Part shown: piece after piece, positions 35,640 to 45,724 of the stretch | Layout of the letters: every line of letters starts with the position of its first letter | Position numbering within the stretch: position 1 is the first letter of the stretch | Source of the DNA: a virus | Lineage: Duplodnaviria; Heunggongvirae; Uroviricota; Caudoviricetes | Length of the DNA stretch: 64,000 bases | Virus record (IMG/VR): IMGVR_UViG_3300042293_000433 | Reading direction: 5' to 3' (one strand) | Position numbers and translations under genes: made by a program | Notes under the pieces: model-generated | The model's input: only the letters and a program-made list of their open reading frames with translations | The model's database searches: none | Told to the model about the DNA's origin: nothing

Positions 35640-36266
35640 TTAAATTTCTGAATCTTCCAAATCTTCTTCTATATTTTCTTCTTCATCCTCATCACCCACT
35701 ATACCCTGCTCCACATATTGACCATCTTTTGGTATTTTTCTTTTACCTATTAGTAGAAAGAAACAATTATAACATAGAAATCTTAGATTTTCTAATTTAT
35801 GGTTCTGCCAATTACCATCAAAGAAATCTAATAATAGGGGTGCTTTACCATCCGTTACTCTTACTTCCTCAAACCCACAACAGCTACATTGTTCAGGAAA
35901 CACATCATTTTTAATCAATCTCCTCTTTAGCTTATAGATAGGATAGTTCGGATGCATACCTTGTAGAATCTCACTTAAAGGGTATTTACCAACCGTCAGC
36001 TTTAATCTACGTTCAATAGGAACATTCGTAGGGTTATAATCAATTTCAAATATACCATACATCTTTGCATATTTTTTATATGTGTTGTATGATACACCCA
36101 ATGTCCTTGCCGTATCTTTTGCCGAACGAGACCTACCTTGTGCTTCCGTAATTTCGGCTGCTAATAATTGTCTACTACCTAATCCTCTTTTTAATGTTCC
36201 CCTAGATGAGTTATCTACTTTTTTATATGTTTCATCTAAATTGGGAAAGAAACCTTCATTTTCCAT
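35640..36266 (-). CDS. HTH plus HNH endonuclease
   Basis: 208 aa; HTH-like TARTLGVSYNTYKKYAK; C-terminal CSCCGFEE...DGNWQNHKLENLRFLCYNCF (HNH Cys/His/Asn arrangement); acidic tail. Confidence 0.55.
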   Translation of the reverse strand: MENEGFFPNLDETYKKVDNSSRGTLKRGLGSRQLLAAEITEAQGRSRSAKDTARTLGVSYNTYKKYAKMYGIFEIDYNPTNVPIERRLKLTVGKYPLSEILQGMHPNYPIYKLKRRLIKNDVFPEQCSCCGFEEVRVTDGKAPLLLDFFDGNWQNHKLENLRFLCYNCFFLLIGKRKIPKDGQYVEQGIVGDEDEEENIEEDLEDSEI

Positions 36267-36270
36267 AAAC

Positions 36271-36909
36271 TTATTTAAACTTCAACCCAGTCAATTTTTC
36301 TATATCAACTAATTCAACTTTGTTATTATATATTCCATCGGGTTTAGATTGGTCATTCTCAAATAAGAAAGCCATCCATTCATTTGATTTTTTATAGTAA
36401 ACCACTTTCCAACATTGTTTTGGAACTGATACTTTACCTATCTTTTTTATCTCTCCCACATTACCTGCCCATATATGAACCGAATCATCTTTCACTGCCC
36501 ACTCTCTAGTCATTACTTCTAATGATTTCCAATCTCCTGCATTTAGTCTATGTGTTTGTGCCGACATATTACTCATATAGAACGATTCAATTTGAACACC
36601 TGCCGTTTGACATTGATTGGATGCTGCAGGACTCATATGTCCTCTATCATATCCACTACCTACATAGTCTGCTTTAATATCGGTTTCAAGTATTGCTTGT
36701 GGGTCTGGCTGAAATGCATCTCTTCTAGGTAATGGATTTGGACAACCAACTTTTGCTTTAGTTTCCCACCACTCTACCATTACTGGATATTTTTTTGACT
36801 TACTAAAATGTGATGTATAGTTTGTATGTTTCAAAATAACTACATCTTGTGCTCTACCACCTATTGCAAAAAATACACAAATCGTAACAAGTAATACTAA
36901 TTTTTTCAT
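36271..36909 (-). CDS. secreted DNA/RNA non-specific endonuclease (NucA/Serratia nuclease family)
   Basis: 212 aa; signal peptide MKKLVLLVTICVFFAIGGRAQD; catalytic block GYDRGHMSPAA (DRGH). Confidence 0.7.
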   Translation of the reverse strand: MKKLVLLVTICVFFAIGGRAQDVVILKHTNYTSHFSKSKKYPVMVEWWETKAKVGCPNPLPRRDAFQPDPQAILETDIKADYVGSGYDRGHMSPAASNQCQTAGVQIESFYMSNMSAQTHRLNAGDWKSLEVMTREWAVKDDSVHIWAGNVGEIKKIGKVSVPKQCWKVVYYKKSNEWMAFLFENDQSKPDGIYNNKVELVDIEKLTGLKFK

Positions 36910-36930
36910 ACATATAAATATATACGAATA

Positions 36931-36960
36931 TAAAAAACCCCCACTTTTAAGGTGAGGGTG
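36931..36960 (-). terminator. rho-independent terminator (minus strand)
   Basis: stem cccccac/gtgaggg (the single C/A mismatch becomes a G-U pair on minus RNA), then UUUUUU; located between 36966..37148 and the nuclease gene. Confidence 0.55.
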
Positions 36961-36965
36961 TTTTA

Positions 36966-37148
36966 TTAGTTTGAACTTTTAGTTTCTTCTACCGAAGCTT
37001 GTCTATAATCAGTTACTAATTTCTTTAAGTCACCGATTGCAGTTCTTGCATTCTTTTGAGATACTTTTGTTGTCTTGTTGTGTTCTTCTTCAAATTTTAG
37101 AAACAATGATTTGATTGCTTCAAAAATTTCTTCTTTTTTACTTGCCAT
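36966..37148 (-). CDS. hypothetical protein
   Basis: 60-aa ORF. Confidence 0.35.
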   Translation of the reverse strand: MASKKEEIFEAIKSLFLKFEEEHNKTTKVSQKNARTAIGDLKKLVTDYRQASVEETKSSN

Positions 37149-37166
37149 AATTTTTGGTTTTGTTTA

Positions 37167-37472
37167 TTAATTGTTTTTAATATCCCAATACACCTGTCTA
37201 ACCTTAGCTCCTAATTCAGCATCGTTGGGTGTATCTAAAATTGTTCTACTATTTATTGTAATAAGATTTCTATCTTCACCTAAATAACATTCTCTACATA
37301 ATTGTCCTGCTCCATCTACATAACCATATCTAAAATCTACATGTGTTGATTTTAATATTGTAGTTTCTTTACTACACATTATACAATCTTCGTATAATTT
37401 ATGAACTGAATCATAACTGCCACCCATATCTGTTCCTACTGAATTTTGCGTTTCCATATTATTCTGTTTCAT
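37167..37472 (-). CDS. Cys-rich hypothetical protein
   Basis: 101 aa; CIMCSK...CRECYLGE. Confidence 0.4.
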   Translation of the reverse strand: MKQNNMETQNSVGTDMGGSYDSVHKLYEDCIMCSKETTILKSTHVDFRYGYVDGAGQLCRECYLGEDRNLITINSRTILDTPNDAELGAKVRQVYWDIKNN

Positions 37473-37776
37473 TTGTTAAAAAATCATTGAATTGTTTTGC
37501 TGCTTTTGGATTTACTTCCTCTAAATTTTGTAAACTTATTTCATATCTACCTAATGTATTATTGGAAATAAATGCCTCATCATGTAATGAATCAATTAAA
37601 TTTGTTAATGAATCGATATATTTTGCTTTTTCAATATCACCACCTTCTAAAAAACCAGGTGATATTGTATTTAATTCATTCTTTAATTTTTCATTTTGTT
37701 CTCTATATCCATAGACGGTATATAGTAATGCTAATAATGTTCCTGCTGTCAATAATGGTCCAAAGAATTTTTTCAT
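37459..37776 (-). CDS. membrane-anchored hypothetical protein
   Basis: 105 aa; N-terminal hydrophobic segment. Confidence 0.4.
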   Translation of the reverse strand: MKKFFGPLLTAGTLLALLYTVYGYREQNEKLKNELNTISPGFLEGGDIEKAKYIDSLTNLIDSLHDEAFISNNTLGRYEISLQNLEEVNPKAAKQFNDFLTNETE

Positions 37777-37778
37777 AT

Positions 37779-37921
37779 TATTTCTGTTTACGTTTAAATA
37801 AATCTTTTAATTTTTTTGCGGGCATAATTATATTTTCATTTTGGTCTACTAATGGTGCTCTCCAAATTTCAAATGCCATCCATAATGCAGTTCCTATTAT
37901 ACCTATTGCGAAATATTCCAT
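37779..37921 (-). CDS. small membrane protein (47 aa)
   Basis: manual translation MEYFAIGIIGTALWMAFEIWRAPLVDQNENIIMPAKKLKDLFKRKQK. Confidence 0.25.
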
Positions 37922-37923
37922 AA

Positions 37924-38223
37924 TTATATTTTAAATTTCCAAAATTGATACCATTTCTTTTTTGGGGGCGGCGTGCATAAACTAAATGGATTATCCCCAA
38001 ATGATACTGAATCTAAATACTTTGTCGATATCATATTTAAAAATACCTCATGGTACTTTTCAGGTATAGTATCAAAGTCTGCTTCAATCTTTATATCTAA
38101 ACTAATAGCCCCATCATTTGGTGTAATTAACTTTAAGCTATTCTGTACACTTACTATACTAGCGGTCTTAATATTAATATTACTACCCCCACCTAAATAA
38201 ATGTCCGTTTCTTTTTTACTCAT
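37924..38223 (-). CDS. hypothetical protein
   Basis: 99-aa ORF. Confidence 0.4.
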   Translation of the reverse strand: MSKKETDIYLGGGSNINIKTASIVSVQNSLKLITPNDGAISLDIKIEADFDTIPEKYHEVFLNMISTKYLDSVSFGDNPFSLCTPPPKKKWYQFWKFKI

Positions 38224-38260
38224 AATTCTTAATTATACTTAAATATACTACTAAGTTTTG

Positions 38261-38605
38261 TTATTTCCAAAAAATACTTACTAAAATTATAGATACGGCT
38301 AACATACATTGTACCAATACTTTAAGTGTAAATGGTTGATGAAAGTGATATGGATATAATATCATCCCCACAAATACCCCAGTAACAAAGAATAAAAATC
38401 TATTACTCCACATACTACCGGCAAATCCAGCTACACCATATTCGGATGCTTTAATCCAAAGAAAAGTACATACAACTGCTAATAGATAAGGTATTGGTGA
38501 TTTAATCCAATTTGGTGTTTTAAATTGCCAATACATAATATACCAATGTCCAAACCCACCTGCCATAAATAACAGGAATGATTGTAAAATTTTAATTAAA
38601 TTCAT
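38261..38605 (-). CDS. small 4-TM membrane protein (paralog of 9473..9823)
   Basis: 114 aa; shares GxxGxxWxxRxLxF motif and topology with 9473..9823. Confidence 0.5.
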   Translation of the reverse strand: MNLIKILQSFLLFMAGGFGHWYIMYWQFKTPNWIKSPIPYLLAVVCTFLWIKASEYGVAGFAGSMWSNRFLFFVTGVFVGMILYPYHFHQPFTLKVLVQCMLAVSIILVSIFWK

Positions 38606-39409
38606 TTATTTTCTTTTTATAAATATTGAAATACAATTACCCAATTCCGCATACAAATTAGTTATTTTACTTACTATAAAATCAGAATATTTAAACCCTA
38701 ATATTTTATTATAATATTCAGTATCATTTCCTATTATTGGTTCTAATATTTTCCATTTTTTTTTAAAATCTGTTTTTAATAATTCTGCTATTTGATTTTT
38801 CGTATAATATTTTTCAAATAAATAATTATTTTTATTAAATATTACATCATGCATTCCCAACTCATTCTTAATCAAATCAGATAAACACTCTAATTTAATA
38901 AATGTTACTTTATTAAAAAATTCATAATTTGTTATAAGATTGGTATAAAGCGATTCAAATTTTGGATAATAATGAGAAAACATTCCATTTGTATTTTGTG
39001 TATTATTTTTAAAATGAATAGGTTTGGCTAAATCGTCTATCATTTTTTTTAGTATATCATATTTTAATATATCTTCTTTTTCTTTAACTCTTATATAAAA
39101 ATTATTAATTTGTGTTTTCACTTGATTATCAGGATGTGTATCGGTAAGACCATTATGTTCAGTTAATACGGCAGATAAGAAATGCTGCATAGGTTCTCTG
39201 ATTATCCAGTATATTTTATCTACCTTATTTATGATATCTGAATCTCTATAATCGTATGATATAAATTTAGAAGAATCTGATAAAAATCTACTACCACATT
39301 TATTAGATGTTATTATTAACGTATTTTCAAATATAAAAAATTTAGTACCCGCTGAATCAAATATTTCCATTATATCAACTAGCTTATTGTCTAAACTATT
39401 AGATGCCAT
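38606..39409 (-). CDS. hypothetical protein
   Basis: 267-aa ORF, Asn/Lys-rich. Confidence 0.5.
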   Translation of the reverse strand: MASNSLDNKLVDIMEIFDSAGTKFFIFENTLIITSNKCGSRFLSDSSKFISYDYRDSDIINKVDKIYWIIREPMQHFLSAVLTEHNGLTDTHPDNQVKTQINNFYIRVKEKEDILKYDILKKMIDDLAKPIHFKNNTQNTNGMFSHYYPKFESLYTNLITNYEFFNKVTFIKLECLSDLIKNELGMHDVIFNKNNYLFEKYYTKNQIAELLKTDFKKKWKILEPIIGNDTEYYNKILGFKYSDFIVSKITNLYAELGNCISIFIKRK

Positions 39410-40247
39410 ACTTGTTGTTTATATTTTCAATAATTTGTTTAGCAATAAGTCTAGAACCTCTAATTGAATTATGCTCATCCACCTCTACTGAATTTGTATC
39501 TTTTGTGATTGTTGCTTTTTCATAATCTCTGTAATATTCTAACAACGATTTTATATCTGCTTTATCACTATGTGTAAATGTTATAGTATTTGGTAGTATT
39601 AATTTGTCAATTACATCTTTAATCTTATTTTCACCTACATATTTTAATGTAGTTTCATTTAATTGTTCTATCGGAAATTCATCTAATAAAATTAAATATT
39701 CACCACCATTTTGTTTAATATAGGATATAACGCCAATCAATGAATGTAAATCTTCTAAAAAAGCTATATCAGATGCAAAGAAGTTTGGTGCAAATTCATT
39801 AATTAATACTCTATGAATATACGGGTCCATACTATCGTAGTTATCAAAATTTGCCGTATAATTTACATATCGTTTTTGTAATTCAATATACATTTCACGT
39901 CTAACTCCAATCGGCCACTCTAATATGAATAAAGTATCTTTAACTAATTCATTATTATTTAGCATCCAATTCATTGTTTTACGAACTGCTCTTTGTAATG
40001 AACCACCATATATCGATTCATCTATTACATTGATACCATAATGTTCTTTTAATCTACCACCAATGTTAAATTTTTGCCTAACCCAATCGTAATTATTAAA
40101 TGGTGTTTTTCCGTTATAATGTACAGGATGTGATGTATCTATATCGTTTGTTTCTTCAAAAAATTGGAATGTATTTGGATTAGAATGTCCCATGCCCCAC
40201 ATAAACGAACAACCATTGAGATATATTTGTTTAAATTTAAATGACAT
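39399..40247 (-). CDS. SGNH/GDSL-like hydrolase family paralog
   Basis: 282 aa; IYLNGCSFMWGMG similar to GCSFSTG of 5236..5907. Confidence 0.45.
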   Translation of the reverse strand: MSFKFKQIYLNGCSFMWGMGHSNPNTFQFFEETNDIDTSHPVHYNGKTPFNNYDWVRQKFNIGGRLKEHYGINVIDESIYGGSLQRAVRKTMNWMLNNNELVKDTLFILEWPIGVRREMYIELQKRYVNYTANFDNYDSMDPYIHRVLINEFAPNFFASDIAFLEDLHSLIGVISYIKQNGGEYLILLDEFPIEQLNETTLKYVGENKIKDVIDKLILPNTITFTHSDKADIKSLLEYYRDYEKATITKDTNSVEVDEHNSIRGSRLIAKQIIENINNKYGI

Positions 40248-40998
40248 CGTTTTGTTTTAAGAAATTATACAACTTTTTAGCATATTTTTTATTATGCTCT
40301 GCTCCAGCGTGTTTTATATCTGCCGATTTATCTATGAAATTGTCATAATCACCATCAAATCTATTTTCTTCCTTAATTGTAGTATCATTTAAGAAACTAC
40401 CATTCCATACCATAGGAACATTATTTAATTTACAAAAATATGTAATCAATAGATGATTTTTATACCAATTAATTAAATCATTTTCATCTTGTGTAATTTC
40501 TAAAAAACCAGCATGCTCTTTTTTGCCCAAATCATCCTCTAAAAAATATCCCCAAGGATTAACGTGAAATGGTTCTAAGTCACCAGTACCTGTATAATAT
40601 TCTTTTCGAGATGGATATGTATACATTATATTAACTAATTGTGGTCTTGCTGTTTTAAAGTAAGTTTGTAAACATCTGAAAATATAGTCATTACTTCTAC
40701 CACCAAATCCAAAATTCAAATCTACTGCACCCGGTATAAGTTTACATAATTGATGTGACCATGTTTCCTCATCGTTAACACCAACACCTTCGGTATGTGA
40801 ATCACCAATACTCATAATTCTAAATCCATCTTTGTAAATAGAATCACCTCTATATCCTAATTCATTATAGGTATACCAGCAGTTGCCACTTTGGTCTGAA
40901 CCACTTCCATTAAATTTTTGATTAACTCGTTCGTGTAGTCGCCATTTACAGGTAGCAACATCAAAACCATCTTTTGTCCAAAACTTTATTCCTTTCAT
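40237..40998 (-). CDS. SGNH/GDSL hydrolase family paralog
   Basis: 253 aa; IMSIGDSHTEGVG (GDSxxxG) and C-terminal DIKHAG (DxxH). Confidence 0.6.
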   Translation of the reverse strand: MKGIKFWTKDGFDVATCKWRLHERVNQKFNGSGSDQSGNCWYTYNELGYRGDSIYKDGFRIMSIGDSHTEGVGVNDEETWSHQLCKLIPGAVDLNFGFGGRSNDYIFRCLQTYFKTARPQLVNIMYTYPSRKEYYTGTGDLEPFHVNPWGYFLEDDLGKKEHAGFLEITQDENDLINWYKNHLLITYFCKLNNVPMVWNGSFLNDTTIKEENRFDGDYDNFIDKSADIKHAGAEHNKKYAKKLYNFLKQNDVI

Positions 40999-41036
40999 AT
41001 ATAACTAATTTAATAAATAAAAACTATATTACCAAA

Positions 41037-41861
41037 TTAAAGCTTAGCTAATTGTATTCTAAACTTAACATTTGGATATTTCTTTTCTAATTGTTGAACT
41101 GCTGCCACATTTTTGGCTGAATCATCTATAAAGAATACATCATCATATCCTTTTTTAATCATATCTTCAATGTACTTTGCTTTCTTTTGTGGGTCACTAT
41201 CACCTAATGCCATTACATAGATACTACCCATACCAATATCTTTTAAGTATTGTTTAACAGGTGCATATGCTGAACGAGCAGTTAATATAGTTACTCTACG
41301 TTCCCCTTCACTACTTACAAATCTTTTAAGTAATTTTGTATAACCCAGTATTTGTTCGGGTTCGTTTACATTGTTGAAATCTGAAAAATCAAATTGGTCA
41401 CCTTGTTTTGGTGTATAAACTGCATATTCCCCAGGACTTAATTTAGATTTTTTTCCACCTCTATGTGTTACAAAAATAAATGATTTTGTTTTTACTAATG
41501 TATCATCGAAATCAAATATTCTTAATTTCTTATCTTCTGCCATTAAATCTCTTAATAACATTGATTCCTTTACATTCAACTTATCATCTTCAATATGTCC
41601 ATCAACTGGCTCATATCCTCTATTTATTTTATCTTTCTTTTTATCATATGGTTCTTGTACACCAGGTTCATTTGGTTCACCATCATCAGAATCAACCGTG
41701 TGTTTTTCTGCCGGTGCTCCCATATGTTTAGTATAGGTAGATGTAGCGTGATGTTGATTAAAATCACGTTCTGCTTCGGTTTTTTCAGTATCGGAAAGAC
41801 CTGTATTTAAATGCTTACCTGTATCTTCTAACAAATCTTTTAACTTTATCATAGTCCACAC
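41037..41861 (-). CDS. HAD-superfamily hydrolase
   Basis: 274 aa; RIFDFDDTLV (DxDxT), VTILTARS, VFFIDDS. Confidence 0.55.
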   Translation of the reverse strand: MWTMIKLKDLLEDTGKHLNTGLSDTEKTEAERDFNQHHATSTYTKHMGAPAEKHTVDSDDGEPNEPGVQEPYDKKKDKINRGYEPVDGHIEDDKLNVKESMLLRDLMAEDKKLRIFDFDDTLVKTKSFIFVTHRGGKKSKLSPGEYAVYTPKQGDQFDFSDFNNVNEPEQILGYTKLLKRFVSSEGERRVTILTARSAYAPVKQYLKDIGMGSIYVMALGDSDPQKKAKYIEDMIKKGYDDVFFIDDSAKNVAAVQQLEKKYPNVKFRIQLAKL

Positions 41862-42169
41862 ATTTTTGTAAATTCACCTCTATTATAAATAACATTCTCT
41901 TTATTGAATTTTTCAATCATAGAATGCAATACTTCTTCTCTATTTTTCATATCTCTAATCATATGCACAATTTCTGCAACACCCACTACCATATCTCTAT
42001 CGTTTTCATGTCCATCTTCTTCATTTACTTTTTTATTATCATGTCCACACTTGTGACAAACATAGATATTTTTTCCACCGTCTATAATATCCCAAGACCA
42101 CTTGCATTTGTCACAAATTATTTCTTTATTTGTTACAACTTCATTTAATAAATTTTTCAAAAGTATCAT
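41849..42169 (-). CDS. zinc-ribbon protein
   Basis: 106 aa; CDKCKW...CHKCGH. Confidence 0.4.
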   Translation of the reverse strand: MILLKNLLNEVVTNKEIICDKCKWSWDIIDGGKNIYVCHKCGHDNKKVNEEDGHENDRDMVVGVAEIVHMIRDMKNREEVLHSMIEKFNKENVIYNRGEFTKMCGL

Positions 42170-42384
42170 TTAGGATGTTTATTTAAATATCGTGTAAGTA
42201 ATATATAAGATAACCAAAAACAACCTGAAATTGAGTAAAAGATAACGTCTGCTCCCCAATACGAACCTGTCAATTCCATCATTAGTTTGAATAGTGCATC
42301 GTAACCCAGTGGTAGAAAGAACATCGCTAACATTAGTGATGTATCTTTTAAAACAGTTATTCTCTTTTTTGTCTGTTTTTCCAT
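42166..42384 (-). CDS. small 2-TM membrane protein
   Basis: 72 aa; chosen over overlapping 42179..42412 because of clean hydrophobic helices and stop/start coupling. Confidence 0.4.
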   Translation of the reverse strand: MEKQTKKRITVLKDTSLMLAMFFLPLGYDALFKLMMELTGSYWGADVIFYSISGCFWLSYILLTRYLNKHPK

Positions 42385-42443
42385 TTTTTAGTATTATACT
42401 ATCACCGTCCATTTAGGCCCTGATTTCGTTATTAATATTGAAC

Positions 42444-42764
42444 TTATCCATTCAATTGTTTCTTGTCTGATTTAGTTGATGTTTTTGCTAATTTTTCATT
42501 TTCTTTTGTAAGAAATTCAACTTTAACCGATAGTGCTGCTACTTGTTTAGTTAAATCTAAAATCATCATTCGTAAATCATCTTTTTCTTTACCGGCTGCT
42601 TCTAATAATCCTTCTAATTTAGCAATTCTATCTTTACAATCGTGTCTAATAAAATCTTCATCTCTTTCTTTATGCATTGCTCTTTTTTCATAGAATCTCC
42701 ATGCAGATGCTCCACCTAAAATTGAAATTGCGGTTATTAATACGGTATATGCGTTTTGGTCCAT
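42444..42764 (-). CDS. membrane-anchored coiled-coil protein
   Basis: 106 aa; N-terminal TM then heptad-like KLEGLLEAAGKEKDDLRMMILDLTKQVAALSVKVEFL. Confidence 0.4.
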   Translation of the reverse strand: MDQNAYTVLITAISILGGASAWRFYEKRAMHKERDEDFIRHDCKDRIAKLEGLLEAAGKEKDDLRMMILDLTKQVAALSVKVEFLTKENEKLAKTSTKSDKKQLNG

Positions 42765-42806
42765 TGTTTTTGTGTATTTAAGGGGGTTAATACTATAATA
42801 TAAATA

Positions 42807-43649
42807 TTAAATAATTGAATGAAATGATGTATAATATCCAGGATCATTTAATATACTATTATATATATTATCCGCTACAATTTCATGTGCTTCAAAATTA
42901 GGATGCGAATCATCTATTCCTAAATCATCTACTACTCTTAATTTATTTATAGTTACAAAATCAAAGATATTAGAAAATGAAATACCATTATGTTGAATTT
43001 TTACAAATATATTCTCATCAAATTTATCCAAATTTTCTTTGTAATCATCTGAATATGATATTACTTTTAATATAACACCTTTACTTTTTAAAATTTTATG
43101 TAGTATATTAATCTTACTTATAAAATATGCACTTTGATTTTTTCTCCAACGTACCTCATCTAATGTAAATAATTCTAATTCTAATTCTAACTTAGTTATA
43201 AAATCATTTTTATCTACAACATCTATATTATCTATTAATTCTTTTTTTGATTTTACAAACCCATCATATGTTTCAAAATCTAATTTATAAATCTTATTTT
43301 CGTATATAAAAAAATCTCTTGTAACATTTGTAAGTTGTAATATAACTACCTTTGGTTTAAAAAAATTATGGTCAAACTTGTCATCACCCGGTAAGTATAT
43401 AGAATTAGTTGATTTTTTTATAATCTCTAATCCTTCAAAAAAATTACTTGAACCTGAACTTGATACGATTTGATTAGGTAAATCTAATTTTTTAGCTAAA
43501 ATACTAGAGTATGAGTGTTTATAATTAAAATATAACTCATCAGTTGTAATTGTATTAAAATCTAATGGTAATCCTAGTTGTTTTCTTTTATAAAAGTGTA
43601 ATGCTAATCCATGTGTAAATGAAGTGCCCACTGCTAATATCTTATACAT
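42807..43649 (-). CDS. SGNH/GDSL-like hydrolase family paralog
   Basis: 280 aa; ILAVGTSFTHGLA and C-terminal DDSHPNFEAH (DxxH). Confidence 0.5.
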   Translation of the reverse strand: MYKILAVGTSFTHGLALHFYKRKQLGLPLDFNTITTDELYFNYKHSYSSILAKKLDLPNQIVSSSGSSNFFEGLEIIKKSTNSIYLPGDDKFDHNFFKPKVVILQLTNVTRDFFIYENKIYKLDFETYDGFVKSKKELIDNIDVVDKNDFITKLELELELFTLDEVRWRKNQSAYFISKINILHKILKSKGVILKVISYSDDYKENLDKFDENIFVKIQHNGISFSNIFDFVTINKLRVVDDLGIDDSHPNFEAHEIVADNIYNSILNDPGYYTSFHSII

Positions 43650-43652
43650 AAC

Positions 43653-44030
43653 TTATTTTAAAGTTAATAAATACTTAGTTTGATTTAATTTACCTAATAG
43701 TTCATCTCTTAGATTAAGTAAATCGGTATCTACTTTTGCATCAAGTGAATCTGTTAATTTTGTACACATATCAATTGCACCATCTACTACACTAATAACA
43801 TTTTCATCTGAAACATTTATGAATGTGTAACTTAATCCCGCTACCTCTATTCTACCATATTTACCCATTGCGATTTCAGTAAATTCATCTATGTTAGCTA
43901 TAATAGCATCAAACAATCCATCTAATGCAATATGTTTAGAATAAATTTTAGTTTGCCAATGAAAGAACTTAACTTGTACTTGTAATTGAACAATATCTTG
44001 TATGTATTGTTGTAAATCTTTATTTTCCAT
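43653..44030 (-). CDS. hypothetical protein
   Basis: 125-aa ORF. Confidence 0.45.
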   Translation of the reverse strand: MENKDLQQYIQDIVQLQVQVKFFHWQTKIYSKHIALDGLFDAIIANIDEFTEIAMGKYGRIEVAGLSYTFINVSDENVISVVDGAIDMCTKLTDSLDAKVDTDLLNLRDELLGKLNQTKYLLTLK

Positions 44031-45693
44031 TTGAATATTGTGTTTGATTTTCAGGTTTTGGAATATTATTTCCTAATTTTTTATCTTCCTGGTCATAATA
44101 TCCTTTTGATGCTTGAACAATATAGTTTTCTGCATTTGTGATATGGTCTTGTATCCATCCTGGAATATCTTTCTCTTGGTCACCTAATCTACCCATTAAA
44201 TCGTTTACTGCTTTACCAATACTCACCAATGATGCTTTTGCCATAGAAACTTCGTGGTCTTGTACACCATTACTTGCTACTACATCGCCACCTGGTTCTT
44301 GCATATCATCTTCGTTTAGTGTAGTTTCGTTTACGGATTCACCTAATCTATCAATCATTCCACTTACAACTCTGTTAGTTATTTTATGGTTATTATCATT
44401 AAAAGCTTTTAAAATCGCTTGATAAACACTATTACTACCTTTATAGTTGAACTTATCTATCTTTAGTTTTCTACCATTTTTTAATGTTACTAAAATATAG
44501 TCCGGTTTTACAAATTCATCCCAATCTTTGTAGAGGGGTGCCGCTTCGTTTACTATACTTTCACCGAACATACCTACGAAATCACCTTGATATCTATTAC
44601 CTGGTCTTCCTGACATTGCGGTTGCAAAATCTTTTCTAATTTTTTCTTTCCCTTTAGATATATAGTTAAAAAGTTTTTTAGAATTTAAATTATAATCATC
44701 TATAAATTTTTGTACTATACTATCACGTGTACCTGTCAATCCAGCAATTTCTTTTGCTTCTCTACCCGTTCCTTCACCCATTCTTCTTTTAACTATTAAC
44801 TCTTTTGCTTCTTTTCTAGGTTTGATTTCATTTTTATAGAATTCACTTAGTGTTGTATAAACAGTTTCATCAACATGCTTACCCATTCTCCATCCACCAC
44901 CTTTCTTTTCATACATCTTAACTCTTTCTGTCATTCCTCTACCTTCACATACTCTACCGGTTGCTTTCCACAAAATATCATTTGTTGGAGTAGGTTTTGT
45001 ATCTCTCATTGTACCCAATGGTCCTTCGTTTTTAGTTTTTTCACTTACACCCGGTATTACTGCTGATGGTAATGCATCTAAATCATTTGATGTTGGTTCT
45101 TCTGGTTTAGTTGTTACACTTCCTTCTTTAATATCATATGCCTTTGCATAATGTTCTAAATCTCTATTAATAGATACTAATGATGATTTATCATTTGGAT
45201 TTGCTCTTTTCATTTTATTTATAATACCTTGAAAAAATTTCTTTCTTCCACCTTCTAGTTTATTTACTTTATTTTCAAAATCTTTAACTATTGCTTTAAC
45301 TTTTTGTGGGTTTAATTTTCTACCATCATTCCAATTATTAAATGCATCTTTTGCATCTTTTGCTAATTGTGCAATTCCTAATGCTGATAAAACTGTCACA
45401 CCGGTTGCACCTAATGTTAAAAGCCATGCTAATACATGTAATCCAATTATTTGAAATGAGTTTAATCCCGCATCACTACACGCTTGCATAAATTCTCTAA
45501 ATACTTCTGGATTTATAGATTCATCAATGTGGTCAGGTAATCCTTTATGTTTTGTTGATGCGAAATCTTTAGCTGATTTATCACTCATATTATCGGCTGC
45601 TTTTTCTACTTCTTTACTTGCTGGTGTTTCACCTTTTTGTGCGGCGTGGACCATTCCCATAAATTTTTGTTGTGCTTTACTTACTGCTGGCAT
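44020..45693 (-). CDS. large hypothetical protein with one TM segment
   Basis: 557 aa; hydrophobic LHVLAWLLTLGATGVTVLSALGIAQLA near N-terminus. Confidence 0.55.
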   Translation of the reverse strand: MPAVSKAQQKFMGMVHAAQKGETPASKEVEKAADNMSDKSAKDFASTKHKGLPDHIDESINPEVFREFMQACSDAGLNSFQIIGLHVLAWLLTLGATGVTVLSALGIAQLAKDAKDAFNNWNDGRKLNPQKVKAIVKDFENKVNKLEGGRKKFFQGIINKMKRANPNDKSSLVSINRDLEHYAKAYDIKEGSVTTKPEEPTSNDLDALPSAVIPGVSEKTKNEGPLGTMRDTKPTPTNDILWKATGRVCEGRGMTERVKMYEKKGGGWRMGKHVDETVYTTLSEFYKNEIKPRKEAKELIVKRRMGEGTGREAKEIAGLTGTRDSIVQKFIDDYNLNSKKLFNYISKGKEKIRKDFATAMSGRPGNRYQGDFVGMFGESIVNEAAPLYKDWDEFVKPDYILVTLKNGRKLKIDKFNYKGSNSVYQAILKAFNDNNHKITNRVVSGMIDRLGESVNETTLNEDDMQEPGGDVVASNGVQDHEVSMAKASLVSIGKAVNDLMGRLGDQEKDIPGWIQDHITNAENYIVQASKGYYDQEDKKLGNNIPKPENQTQYSNGK

Positions 45694-45724
45694 ATTTGTT
45701 TTCCTCTAATATATAAATATAAGA

